From: the human T2T-CHM13v2.0 reference genome, Homo sapiens
DNA: 64,000 nucleotides
Assembly: GCF_009914755.1 (NCBI RefSeq)
Contig: NC_060926.1
Direction: 5' to 3' (one strand)
Part shown: one piece after another, positions 1-13,799 of the stretch
How positions within the stretch are numbered: the first letter of the stretch is position 1
Layout: each line of letters opens with the position of its first letter
Made by a program: the position numbers and the translations under genes
The notes under the pieces: model-generated
The model's input: the letters and a program-made list of their open reading frames with translations, nothing else
Database searches by the model: none
Told to the model about the DNA's origin: nothing

Positions 1-280
1 TAGGCAGAGCTGGAAGAAATAAAGGAAAGAGACTGAGGATTGCTACTTCTCTCTTCATAATCAGCCTGTGTGTCATTCCAACATGCATGCTGCAAATTGC
101 TTATTACAAATTCTGAAGTATGGATGCAACTCAGTTGGGTCTTTTTTCTTCTCTTCCCCACCCCTTTCTCTCTCCCCTGCTGCCCAATAATCTACAATTT
201 TGAAAGTGACTTTTGCAAAACTGCTCATCTATCCCCTTTTAAAAATCTAAGGTGTGCTATATAATAATTTGTTTATTTTC

Positions 281-692
281 TGTGAAAGGAGTTGGGTACT
301 GCTCAGAGCAAATCTGCCTCCCATTCTATTCAAAGTCATCTCTTTGGTCACAGAGACAGATGCATATCTGATTGCCTCCTTTAGAAAGACTTAGCAGAAA
401 CTCAAAAGAATGCAACCATCTTTCTTTCACCTACCTGTGACCTGGAAGCCACCAGTCAGGGGTCCTTGCTTTGAGTTTGCGCTGCCTTTCTGGACAGAGC
501 TAATGTACTTCTTACAAACATTGATTGATGTCTCGGGTCTCCCTAAAATGTGTAAAACCAAGCTGTGCCCTGACCACCTTGGGTACATGTCATCAGAACT
601 TCCTGAGGCTGTGTCATGGGTGTTGTCTTCAACCTTGGCCAAATAAACTTTCTAAATCAACTGAGACCTGTCTCTAAATTTTGGGGTTCAGA
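281..692 (+). mobile_element. ERV1 solo LTR, MER4A-like, with a short deletion near the 5' end
   Basis: Starts TGTGAAAGGA, has CTGCCTCCCATTCTATTCAAAGTCA and AAAACCAAGCTGTGCCCTGACCACCTTGGG, AATAAA near the end, ends GGGGTTCAGA; colinear with the copy at 37424-37865. Confidence 0.85.
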
Positions 693-1514
693 TTCCTATA
701 GCACTTACTCTTATTTATTATGAGTAGGCTGGTTACTTTTTTAAAAAAAATTATGAAACATTTTGTCAGGGTTCTGTTGATTGGGATTTTGAGTTAAATG
801 AGCTTTGTGCTTAATAGTGAACAGTTTTCCTCCTGGAGAAGAAATTGTGCTGGCAGAATTAGGATGAGCCAGTGTTTGAGGCTATTTCTGCCCTCCAGTT
901 CCGCCTTTCAAATTGCATTTTTTTTTCCTGAGAAATGATAATGTTAAAAATTTGGCCAGGTGTCTTTTTTGAATGTTAAAGACCAGACAGACCAAGCTCT
1001 GATTTGCCAGTCAGTTACTGGAGACTAATTTCAGGGTTTTATTTTAGATATCTAGCTTTACTAGCTTCACTGATTCACTAGCTTTATATTTGTTGCATAT
1101 GTCACTAAGTAACAACTTATCTAATTTGTTAGGGACACGTGTGACCCTCACTGTCATTAACTCAGTTTCAGCTACACAAATTTGTGAGGATTCAATATAT
1201 TGATGGATTAATGTCTGGTACACTATCCATTGTGAGAAAATGTGATGAATAACCCTGTTTGTAAATGAGATTCTGTAGCCAATGTTTGGCCTACTTAGGA
1301 GAGCAAATATACCTAATGGGTTTCATATATTAGCTATCTCTATGCTGATCGATTCTGCTTCTGATATGGCCAATAGATACATTAAAAGGGTTGCTCCTTG
1401 AAAACAGGTCCTAAGCAATATATTCTGATTACCAAGGGATTTTGAAAGTAAAGTTTTCTTTTATCTGCAAAGGCTTACTTGCCTTTAGCTAGAAATAATC
1501 TCTTCTTTTTTTAG

Positions 1515-1700
1515 CTATGAATTTATTTAGGTATTTATCCAACATGAATTTATTCAGTATTGGGTTTCAAAGATGAATGAGACATGCTCTGTTCTCAAAG
1601 TTTGTATAGTTCATTAGAAAACAGATATGTAAAGGATTAGGGCAAATTTATTATTTTAAAAGTGCAATTGTTCTGTTTATTTAAGGTATGGATGGCTCAA
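1515..1700 (-). mobile_element. Degenerate L2 3' fragment
   Basis: ATTTATT...CAAAGATGAATGAGACATG...AAACAGATATGTAAA resembles the antisense L2 3' end; boundaries approximate. Confidence 0.4.
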
Positions 1701-2087
1701 AGGGACAAAAATGCTAAGATTTTCTCCTAAGGGGACAGATGACATAGTGGGTTCCAAATGGAGAGAATGATGCCCACATAACTCAAAGAAACATATTTCT
1801 TATGGGAAAAGTAATCTGTAGCTCTGCACCATGAGAGAAGGCTAGAGATATAGCTGTATGCCATGAGAAAACAGTTCATATAATAAACTCTAGGACCTGA
1901 AAGTGTAGACAAAATGAGATGCCAGTAGAGATCTGTTGATGGTCATAAACAAATGAATAATGTGAATAGAATTTCAATTAGAAGGCTGTGCAGAGTGGTT
2001 ATAAACCTGGAGACAGGGCTTTAGTTAAGGTACCAAGTAAATCAAATATGAAAAAAGGTGGACCAGACATTCCTGCCATCAATGTCA

Positions 2088-2175
2088 AAGAGTTTCAATT
2101 TCTCCACATTTTCATCAATACTTATTATTTTCCATTGTTTTTGATTAGGTATGAAGTAGGTGTGAAGTGATGTGA
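2088..2175 (-). mobile_element. Short old L1 (L1M) fragment
   Basis: AGAGTTTCAATTTCTCCACATTTTCATCAATACTT...AGGTGTGAAGTGAT resembles antisense L1 ORF2 3' region. Confidence 0.55.
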
Positions 2176-2429
2176 CATGATATTTTATGTAACTGTTATA
2201 TATATCTTTTACTCAATATGTCCTACATTACCAAACATACAGCAGATTATATATATATGTATATGTATTATATATATAAAAATACAAATGTGTAACTGTC
2301 ATTAACTCAATTTGAGCTACACAAATATTTTAAATTTATAAAACTACATATGTATTATATATACACACATACACACACACTTATATATGTCATTTGATTA
2401 TAATTCAAATCAGGACGAATCCTTATAGA

Positions 2430-2870
2430 AAAGTTTTCTTTAGGTGTATATTTACAGAAATTTGGAATATTTTTATAGCCAACATAAAATATTGTGGATG
2501 TACAGTGACAAACTGTGGATATTCCTAAAAGGGAATGCTAACAGCAATGAGAATAAGCTAGCTACTGCTGCACGAGAAAAGAATGGATGAAAATCACAAA
2601 GATAATGCTCAAAAAAAAGAAGTTGCACACAAAAGACTACATATAATATAATACCATTTATATTTTAAAAACATACAAAAATATATGATGTTGGTAGTCA
2701 GCATAGATGTTTTAGCCTTGGATAACTAATGCCTGCAAGGAGATATGAGGAGGGTCTAGTCAAGTTCTGTTTCTTGTTGTAGGTGCCTGTTACACGTGTG
2801 TGTTCACTTCACCAAAATTCCTCAAGCTGTAAACTTATAATTTTTATACTTTTCTTCATAGGGTTTTTGC
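2430..2870 (+). mobile_element. Old L1 (L1ME/MC-like) 3' end fragment
   Basis: AAACTGTGGATATT...GAATGGATGAAAATCACAAAGATAATGCT...CACAAAAGACTACATAT...CCATTTATAT motifs typical of L1M 3' ends; boundaries approximate. Confidence 0.6.
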
Positions 2871-2959
2871 AATTAGTAAAGGAAGGAGAGGAAACAAAAA
2901 CATAAGAGTTTTCTGTTTGATAAAAGCTTTCATGGATTTTTTTCTGAAGCTGAATTACA

Positions 2960-3147
2960 CAAGTTTAAATCTTGGCCCAGTCCAGAAACAGCCATGAGAC
3001 ATGGATTATCACATGTCAAATATCAGTGCCTCAGTTGCCGTAACTGTAAGACTGGAGGATACATATTTCCATGAAGGGTTTTTTAATGACTAAAATATAT
3101 AATATGTATATTTTTCTGCCACATAATAAACACTTAGTAAGTATTGC
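2960..3147 (+). mobile_element. MIR SINE
   Basis: Degenerate core CAGTGCCTCAGTTGCCGTAACTGTAA and 3' ACATAATAAACACTTAGTAAGTATTG. Confidence 0.55.
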
Positions 3148-3679
3148 CTCTCTTTCTCTCCATCCATCATATGTGTGGTATCACAAAGCTGAAGTTATTT
3201 TTAGCAGTTAACATGATGAAATTTTAATAACATCTTGCAACTATTTAGGATATTTATAATTAGCCTATTTAAGAGTAAATTAAAATAATCAGCCTTTCTT
3301 TTAATTTTCTCATTTTAGAATAGCTAAAAAAGTAAATATAAATTTTTATTTGAGATATTTGTGTGGTTCCATAAGTTATCATAAATTATAACTTAGAGAA
3401 AGAAGAAAGATTCCTGAGCAGATTTTCTTCAGCCATAGCTCATGGATTTTCTCATTTTCTCATTTTTAGCTCATTATATATTCAGGTTTTTAAATCATAC
3501 TCCACCAACCCTGAGGTTCTGAATAATAAGTCATGATTTCTGTCTTAGAAGTTTGCATTTTCAAAATTGTTAGGTGACTGTAATAGTTACTTTATGGACC
3601 ATATTTTAAGAAATACTGTTGTTCTTGTCTTCATCCTATTTTACCTCCATCCTTTTTATTTATTTTTTATTTTTTTCCT

Positions 3680-4075
3680 CTGCTGTGCTCAGTATTGCCG
3701 GGATTACACAGTGAGAGGAAGAGAAAATTAGTAGTGTCCCTCTCCCTCACCTCAGAGTGGATATTTAACAGTCCAGGTGTGAGTTAAGGGCAGAGTCCCA
3801 TCCATGACTCTACCTGGCACCTGAGAGCTCCACCTTGGTTTCATATTCCACCAGTTAACCCTTGATCCTCAGGCTCCATGACATCACAGCCTCCCTTTGT
3901 CCCTCTACCCTGAGGAGTGAAAGCGCTTTCCTGCTTTGACTAATGCTCAGATTGCCAGGCCCTCCTCTTTTTGGCTTCTTAGCTATTCTCTCACATTTTA
4001 AACCAATTCCCTGTGCTAAATTTCATGTACTTTAAATATTTGATTGAGTTTCTCGTTTCTGGTTTTAACCATAAC
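3680..4075. mobile_element. Ancient ERVL-class LTR (LTR33/LTR16-like)
   Basis: Locally GC-richer block with CTCCCTTTGTCCCTCT...GCTTTCCTGCT...CCAATTCCCTGTGCTAAATT; family assignment tentative. Confidence 0.4.
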
Positions 4076-4601
4076 TGTTATAACTCCCATAGTTTTTTGC
4101 CCTGACATTAAATTCATGATTTCAAATGTCAACTGTATTAATTAATTCCAAATTCAAGCTGCACTTAATGCCAGCCAACTGGAGTACAGGAATCAAATTG
4201 GTGACATGGAGCCAAGTATAAGGGTTAAACAGAAACACTTCTATGACAGGTCCTATTGAATTAGCAAGTAAGGATTTCATTTTTTCATTTATTCATATAT
4301 TTATTGAAGTACAGAAGGCCACGAAGAGATAAAAAGAGGGAGAAAAATAGGTAAAAATGCTCACTGACTTGTTTTACTCATTAAGGTTGCCACACAACAT
4401 CAAGCTAATAAAATAAGATTCAAAGACTACTGGAACTGAGCTCATTAAATCTTTCGGGGTCCACCATGATGCTTTGCATTAAGACTCCATGGAGGAAGAG
4501 GTAACTCCAATGCCTTTGTTTTTTTTCTTTCACCACAATGGCTTTTTAAATGTTGCTTTAATTGACCAATAAAAATTGTGTGTGTAAGGTATATAACATG
4601 A

Positions 4602-4879
4602 TTTTTTTTATTTTAAGGGAGACAGGGTGTCACTCTGTCACCCAGGTTGGAGTGCAGTGGTGTGATCATAGCTCACCTCAAACTCCTGGGCTCAAGCAAT
4701 ATTCCTACCTCAGCCTCTCAAGATGCTAGAACTACAGGCACATGCCACCATGCCCGGGTATTTTTTTTTTTTTTAATTTTTAAATGTTTTTGTAGAGGTG
4801 CGGTCCCGTTATATTTCTCAGATGGCCCCCTGGCCTCCCAAAGTGCAGAGATTATAGGCGTGAGCCACCAAACCCAGCC
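4602..4879 (-). mobile_element. AluJ-type SINE with internal deletions
   Basis: GAGACAGGGTGTCACTCTGTCACCCAGG, ATCATAGCTCAC, CTCCTGGGCTCAAGC (J-type), ends GTGAGCCACCAAACCCAGCC. Confidence 0.9.
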
Positions 4880-5023
4880 TTCATAATGTTTTGAGATATA
4901 TATATATATATACGCATTGTGGAGGAGCTAAATTAAGCTAATTAACATGCATTAACTTACATACTTTTCATTTTTTACTATGAGAACCCTTAAAATGTAC
5001 TCAGCAATTTTCAAGTATAGAAT

Positions 5024-5466
5024 TGTGAAAGGAAAATAAAAATCTGGGACTCTAATTTCACTAGGCCAAAAGAAAACAATGTAAGCTGAAAACTGAGTTG
5101 TGCAAGAAACTACCTTTCCTTTTGTTTCTAAGCATATAGCTACAGATAAAAAGTTAAATATCTCCACAAGTAGCTACTCTGTGTTCACCTTATCTTATGT
5201 GAAGTGCTGATTTACTGAGTGTGAGACAAATGTATAATTGACTATTCCCCTACCTGTTCCTTTTCTCTTGCAACATGTAGGTTCAGTAATGTGACCATAC
5301 CCTCCCTCTTCCCCTTCCAGCTTGCCTTTCCCTCTTTAAATACTGAACCCCTCCAAATCATCTTTGGAGAAAGGCATCGACCTATCTCCTAGGCATGTAT
5401 CCTTAACCTTGGCAAAATAAACTTCTAAATTTACTGAGAACTGTCCCAGATACTTTTTGATTTACA
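5024..5466 (+). mobile_element. ERV1 solo LTR, MER4 group (MER4C-like)
   Basis: TG...CA termini, starts TGTGAAAGGAAAATAAA, AATAAA near the 3' end, perfect 4-bp TSD GAAT (5020-5023, 5467-5470). Confidence 0.88.
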
Positions 5467-6726
5467 GAATACATTGTTATTAACTATAGTCACCATGATG
5501 TTCAATAGATGTCTTGAACTTATCCCTCCAATAACTTTTATTTCTGTTTCATGCTGCAAAGATTCTAGACTAGAACTGTGAAGCCATGGACTCTTATCCC
5601 AACTTTGCCACTCAGTCAGCAAGTGACTTGGGGCCTTGTTCTGTCAATATATAAAATTAGGAAGTTCTGAGCAAATCTCTACCTGTAATACACTGTGATT
5701 CTTGCTCATGTGGCTTTCTGGGTTTTTTTTTTTTTTGCTTGGTTTGATTGTTTGGTTATTTTTCTCCTTAGGCAGCAAGAAATAGCTGACATTAAATGAC
5801 TCAATGCTAATGAAATGTATGAGTGCTTATAATGCCAACAGAAAAAAATTAATCACCTAAATAACTGCACATACGCGCTTTCCTGCGTAGCAACAGCCCT
5901 CTTCCTACTACAATAGCCAGGTCACACAATTTGGGCAGAATTATGATGCAACTTTGCTTAACTTGTCACAGAGATAATTGTATTACATTTGCACTGATGA
6001 CATTTTATTCTACAGTAAAAAAAGACTGAGTTTTATACAAATTCTTAATATATTGTTAAGAATTAATATTCCTAATATGTTATTATTAAAATATGCTCAA
6101 AAAATTTTGAGGAATTTTAAATTTATCTTCAAACATATTTATTTGTAGTGATGCACAAAATATATCTAATTGTAGTGAGTTCACTATTTATCATTTATTG
6201 CATATCAATTTTAAAATATTTTAAAAATAAATTCTCAAAATTACAAATGAGGAAAGAAAGAGCAAGTGAAATACTTTTCTTTTTATGAAGAATTTCTATA
6301 CACGCTCATCTAATCTTATGATTCTCTAATCTGATGTGTTAACTAAGCTCTGGAATCCCCAGAACTTCTGACCCATCCAACATCTCTGCCCATTTTTCTT
6401 ATTAAACTATCAATTTCCTTTAGCTTTTCCTGAACTTCCCTTCTAAGATTAATTGTAGCATTCATTTTTGTTCACAGATAGTTTTTGTCATTATTACTTT
6501 ATATTTACCATCCCCTTTTTATGCTCCTTAAATCCATATTGTTTACTTCCTTCTTCTTAACATCATAATGGGGACCATACTTCACTATTAGAGTGTTTCC
6601 TGTGCTCTATCACTCGTCACTGTCTTCACTCTTCAGGGCTGCACCCTCAAGGTAAAGAAACAAGGATGTATGCCTTTTCACTTTTGACAATGACCAAATG
6701 CTACATAAGATTTGTAAGACTACCAT

Positions 6727-6915
6727 AACCATATATATATATATATATAAACACCCACATGTATAAATGTGTGTGTGTGTGTATATATATATATATAGTT
6801 CTGATATATATATGGTTCTGATATATATATATGTATATGTATATATATATGGTTCTGATATATATATATGTATATGTGTATATATATATGGTTCTGATGT
6901 ATATGTACATCAGAA
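6727..6915. repeat. Compound (TA)n/(TG)n array with four GTTCTGAT-containing units
   Basis: Read directly: GTTCTGAT at 6798, 6815, 6852 and 6891, separated by TA/TG runs. Confidence 0.95.
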
Positions 6916-7949
6916 TGAAATATTCTAGAACCAAAAATGAACAATTGACATTTTGTCATATTTGCTTTATGTCTTGTGTATGCATAACTTCTCTTAAGCC
7001 ATCAATTATTACCTAACAACTAAATTCCACAACCTATAATCAATCAACATCCATAAGTGATGTGTTTGTATGACTTCATTGTCACTATTCAGTGAATCTT
7101 GCGTCTTACAGCTCTCTCCTGTTAATCTCCAATTCCATTGGCCTTCTTTGATACTGCCATTAGGAGAAGCTCAATATTCTACCCAACTCCACTCTCGGCT
7201 TTTCTTCAAAATGACTTAGGATGACAGCAAGAGAATATTTTATGTTTTGGGTATTTTCTTTCTTAGGAATTTGAATTTCTATTTTGATCTAGCTGGATGG
7301 TAAGATTTGCTTGAGCCTTCTGGTGATTAGGCATCTCCTATAAAGATACTTTGATTAGCTAATTTGAAAAGACCTGCATCAGGTCTTTCGGAAAAATCTC
7401 TTTTAATGCTCCATTGTTTTTCTTGGTTTGTATTTTCCTTTATTTCCTTTTTCTCACCATTGTATTAATAAAAATTCTGAAGATTCTAAATTAAGGTACA
7501 AGCCTAAGAAAACACCAAGAACTAGTGTTGACATACTTTTACGGTTCTGAGACCTAGGTCTACCTGGAGAAAAGACAGAAGGAATCCTTGTACTTCTACA
7601 TCATTAAACACAGTTACCTGGAGAACAGATTACGGCCTGAAGCAAATGCTTATAGAAAAACATAATAATGCCTAGAGCACACTTTCATTATCTCTCTTGT
7701 AAACCTAGTACAGATATAAGAAGTTTCTCAGTGTCAAGGTTTCCTTATCAGCCAAAAATATTTGGATGAAGGTGCTTGCTTCTTTTGTATGCTGGTGTAT
7801 TAAAGCTTGCTGGTGTTTCCTGCTCTATTCATTCTTCAACAGTACATGATTCCCAGAATTCAAAATGTGATCCTGTTTGTTCTTTGCTCTGTATTCACAG
7901 AGTGACCTTATTTGTTTTCAGTTTTTCAACTGCTATTTCCATGTCATTA

Positions 7950-8920
<971 letters not shown>

Positions 8921-10733
8921 CAAAAAAGTATTTGTTTAATAAATTTTTTTCTTAACAACTGGAGAGCGAGTTAGCAGCTCAAATATCACATCCAACTGAT
9001 ATAATGTTAATAACATAATTTAAAGACATGTTTGTATGAGAATTCAGGGGTACAGACATCATATCTTCTTCAATCCATCTAGACATCCTTGAATGTATCC
9101 AACAATAGGGAAAGTTTATTACATACCTCGTGCTAGATAAAGAAAAGACAGAGAAAAAGAAATACCTACTGTACGCTTAAAAGAAATTCTCTCTGATCAT
9201 GGGAAAGACATACAAACGAACTTTAAGAGTACATATGTGCAATGTAAAAACATAAACATGATATCTAGATAGCTCCAAGGGGAGAGTGATTACCTTTGTC
9301 TTGTACATAACCAGAGGAGGATTGCTTTCAGAAGTGATGTCTGATATGAAATTCTATGGATGAATTTGCATGGGCCAGGTGTATTGGATGGGGCTGGAGA
9401 GGACATTCCAAAGACAGAGGATGACACATACTAAAGCAATGTCTGTCTATTGAATTAATTGTAATGTTGCATTCAATCGTTCAACCAATGTTTCTGATAA
9501 CTATTATATGTAAGGAACATGTGGTATTGAGGATTAAGGATTCAGACATGCTCTTGCATTCAGAGTTCAGAATGTACTATTATTACTCACTATCAGAATG
9601 ATAAATATAATTGCCCAAATAGTAAGGATTAGCTTTCTGCCCCATTAATGCTTGGCATGGTTTATCAATAAGGCAGCAAATACACTGCAAGCAATTCATT
9701 ATGATTGTCTTTCACATTAGCAAATATGAAATGATCAGAGAAAGCTCTGAAAACCCAAAATGCACTAAACTACAAAAACAAGAAAGCAATGTTCTACTAG
9801 TTGGAACTCCCAAAGATTTATTTTCCCCAGAAGCATGAAAATGGATGGGCTTTTTGATTTTTATCCCAGCGCCTGTTCATTCTATTCACCAAGCTGCTTA
9901 ATCACGTGCTTCTGCCAAAAGAGTGGCAGGCCATATTTCCTAATACGTTTTAATAGTTAAAATTACAAAATAGTAGATGTGATTTATTTGATGTAGCAAC
10001 AACAATTTGGGATACTCCCAAATGTTCTCCTGGGCTATTTTAGGCAAAAATCATCCTCTGGAAAGGGGAAATGTTTGGTATAAATGCAGTCAAATCTTGA
10101 TTGAAGGCACTAAAATTTAAGGAGAAACAGTGGATAATAAAAGAACAGGTTTTTTAAGCATATGCATATATTTGCTGTGTCTAATGACACATTACTCTTT
10201 AGTTTTTTTTTTTTTTATAGTTAGACATTTAAGCTGATTGATTTATAATCTCTAGCCAAGTACCTACTGACTCAAAACCACCATTTAAAATGTTTGAGGT
10301 AGGTCAATGTGGCCTGGCAGAAATTTGAACACACATTTGGTTTTATACATTTCACTGTCCCTTAGAGCTTCTGTTAGATGTGGAGTTTCTCTCCAAGGAC
10401 ATGTCAGAGCTGGGCCTGTATAAGAGCTGATGTGGTCTAGCAAGAAAAAAAAAAACAAAAAAAAAAACACGGAGATCATAGAGAAAATTTTTACTATGGC
10501 AGGCAGGTACCTTCTCTCTCCAAGAATAGTATTCTCATAGTATTTAAAGATTGGGAAATAAACAAACACATAAGCAAAAGCATGTTCAACCACCCTAGTG
10601 GGCTCAGATGGGTCAGTCCCACTCTAATTGTCAAAAATAGTTGAAACAAACTTTCATCTAAACACAGCAAATAAAAATGCCCATTGCCTTGTCAGATTGG
10701 AGCTAATTCAGTGGGAAATCCTCCTTGATTTTC

Positions 10734-11118
10734 TGTATTATTCCATTCTCACACTGCTGTAAAGAACTACCTGACGAGACTGGGTAACTTATGAAGAAAA
10801 GAGGTTTAACTGACTCACAATTCCACAGGCTATACAGGAGGCATGGCTGAGAAGGGAGGCCTCAGGAAACACACAATCATAGCAGAAGGTGAAGGAGAAG
10901 CAAGAAGGTCTTCACATGTCCGCAGGAGAGAGAGCGAAGAGGGAAGCACTACACACTTTCAAACAACCAGATCCTATGTGAACTCATTCACTATTAGAAC
11001 AGCAAGAGGGAAGTCTGCTTTCATAACCCAATCACCTCCCACCAGGCCCCTCTTCTAACACGTGGGAATTATAATCCAACATGAGATTTGGGTGGGGACA
11101 CAGAGCCAAACCATATCA
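10734..11118 (-). mobile_element. MaLR solo LTR, MSTA-like
   Basis: TGTATTATTCCATTCTCACACTGCT...GAGGCCTCAGGAAAC...GAGATTTGGGTGGGGACACAGAGCCAAACCATATCA. Confidence 0.9.
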
Positions 11119-11895
11119 GTCTTCAGCATGTAAAAACAACAAAGTAAAACAAAAACAAACCTAATTTTTTAAATCATCTTTCTTGCTATATTTCAATACT
11201 CAGGAAATTCAATGTACCTTCCTAGAAATTCAGGTGACCTTCCTGTAAATTAATCATTATTTGTCTAACTACTTAACCTCATTAAAATCCTGAAAGCTCT
11301 GTTGTGTCACAATTTTGATAATGCCACACAGGCTGATCTATAGGTTAGAGGCAGTTTTGATTGCTCTTTTATGATGGGCAGTTAGGAATAAATGTCACAG
11401 ACTCACAAAATGATTATAAGTTTTAAATATACTCATAAGCTCCAAATTTACTCACACACATGCACAACACAAATATTAGAGTGACTAATGTTACTTTTAG
11501 TGAATTTTGTTTTGTCAGATGAGAAAATGCCAACAAATTAGAGCATAACCTACAACTCTGCATTATGAGCTTCTCAAAATTAACAATAATATCCACCTGA
11601 CAAATAACACATCGCAGTTGACTATTTTACAAAGGGTAGTGACTCCCAGGAGGCTAATCTAAAAACTTGTCTTCTCATCTTTCTAAAGGATGAAGGCAAT
11701 AGAGAATTAATGTCATGTTTTTCTCTCTCAGGTGATAAAGGGAAAGTTGCTATATTGTTACTTTCTTTTCAGAGATGTAATCTGGCCTGTTACTTCAAAC
11801 AGGATGGCCAACTAATTCCCAGTGGTTTCACAGCATGAATGAAACAATGGGTTTCTGGGCAATCTCTACAACCAAGTGACTAAGAACTTTATTAC

Positions 11896-12603
11896 CCCAG
11901 CACAGTGGCTCATGCCTGTATTCCCAACATTTTGGGAGGTCGAAGTGGGAGGAGCACTTGAGCTCAGAAGTTTGAGACCAGCCTGGGCAACATAGACAGA
12001 TGGCGTCCTTACTAAAAACAAACAAAAGAAAAGTAGCCAGGTTGATATGGTTTGACTGTGTCCCCACCCAAATTTCATCTTGAACGGTAGTTCCCATAAT
12101 CCCCAAGTGTTGTGAGAGGGACCCAGCGGGAGGTAATTGAATCATGGGGGCGGTTTCCCCCAAGCTATTATTGTGATAGTAAGTTCTCACGACAGCTGAT
12201 GATTCTATAAGGGGCTTCCCCCTTTGCTCGGCTCTCATTCTTCTTTTCCTTGCCACCATGTGAAGGATATGTTTGCTTCCCCTTCTGCTATGATTGTAAG
12301 TTTCCTGAGGCCTCCCCAGCCATGCCACAATGTGAGTCAATTAAACCTCTTTCCTTTATAAATTACCAAGTCTCAGGTACATCTTTATTAGCAGCATGAG
12401 AACAGACTAATACACAGGTGTAATGGCACGTGCCTGTAGTACCAGCTACTCTGTAAACTGAGGCAGGAGGATCTCTTGAGCCTGGAAGATAGAACCTGGG
12501 AAGTCGAGGCTGCAGGGATCCATGAGGTGAGGACGCCACTGCTCTTCAGACTGGGTGACAGAGCAAGACTCTGTCTCAAAGACAAAAAGCAAACAAACAA
12601 AAA
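11896..12603 (+). mobile_element. AluJ-type SINE split by a THE1 LTR
   Basis: Left arm and linker 11896-12042, right arm resumes at 12415; GGGAGGAGCACTTGAGC and AGCCTGGGCAACATAG are J-type. Confidence 0.9.
12043..12414 (+). mobile_element. MaLR solo LTR, THE1C-like
   Basis: TGATATGGTTTGACTGTGTCCCCACCCAAAT...CAGACTAATACA; perfect 5-bp TSD CAGGT (12038-12042, 12415-12419). Confidence 0.95.
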
Positions 12604-13074
12604 ATAACTTTTTGAAAATTGTGGCTGCCTTTCTACCTAAATAGACCAATTTATTTTGACCTTATTTATAATTCTTTGTTTAAGAAATATCTTAGCATAG
12701 AAATTGTTTATCCATAGTTAATCTAAGAAATTTTTTGAAAAAAAACAACATGGTACTTTTGAAAACCTGAATCTGGCACCTGCATTCTTTATCCCAGCCA
12801 AACACCAAGTGCTCTTTCTCTCATCCTCATTCTCTTACCTGTAGGAACAGGTATGGAACAGAGATTTGGGGAAAACACGGATTGACAGTTATTCCTCTCC
12901 AGGTCCCTAAAAGGCATTATACCTTATACCTAAAAATGGAATCAGCATTGACCCTAACCTTCAATAAGTAGTGCCAAGTTCACACACAATGAGCTCCTTC
13001 CTCCTTAACAGTGCACTCACGAAGCCTGTTCATGAAATGACCAATGCTGGAAAGCAGCTGTATAAATCCCTAAT

Positions 13075-13170
13075 TGATTAGTGCTATGACCTTGTACACA
13101 TCATTTCATCTTTCTGAGCCTCATTTTTCTTCATCAGGAAAGTCCAGATATTGCTCTAGCTCCCTTCTGC
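13075..13170 (+). mobile_element. MIR fragment
   Basis: Core-like GCTATGACCTTGTACACATCATTTCATCTTTCTGAGCCTCATTTTTCTTCATC. Confidence 0.6.
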
Positions 13171-13384
13171 CTTCAACTAATCATATTTATATAATTATAC
13201 AAGCAAATTTTTAGATGGATTCACAATTAATGTATTATGCTTTCATTATTATGTATTAACTCAAAAATAAAGAGAAGTAATAAACTGTATTGTTTATTAA
13301 TAAAACTATATTTTTAAAGTCCTATCATCCCTCACTTCCCCCCAAAATGCTTATATTCTTCATTTTGGAACTTGCATGGCCTAA

Positions 13385-13698
<314 letters not shown>

Positions 13699-13799
13699 CT
13701 AATTACCTCTTAAATGTTCACCTCTTAATACTGTCACATTGGCAATTCCCAAATTTTGGAGCGGGCACATTTAAACCTCAGTGCTTAGACATTCATGCT

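Larger units (their letters stand above)
4544..5536 (-). mobile_element. L1MA-type 3' end, interrupted by an Alu and a MER4-group LTR
   Basis: Antisense L1MA motifs (AAGCTAATTAACAT, CAGCAATTTTCAAGTATA, ACATTGTTATTAACTATAGTCACCATG) become colinear once both inserts are removed. Confidence 0.75.

Noticed and set aside
6701-7016. Y/I/H-rich ORFs on both strands
   Set aside because: They are translations of the (TA)n/(TG)n array.
11828-12340. Longest ORF (170 aa, minus strand)
   Set aside because: It is a chance read-through of antisense THE1 LTR and Alu sequence with no protein-family features.
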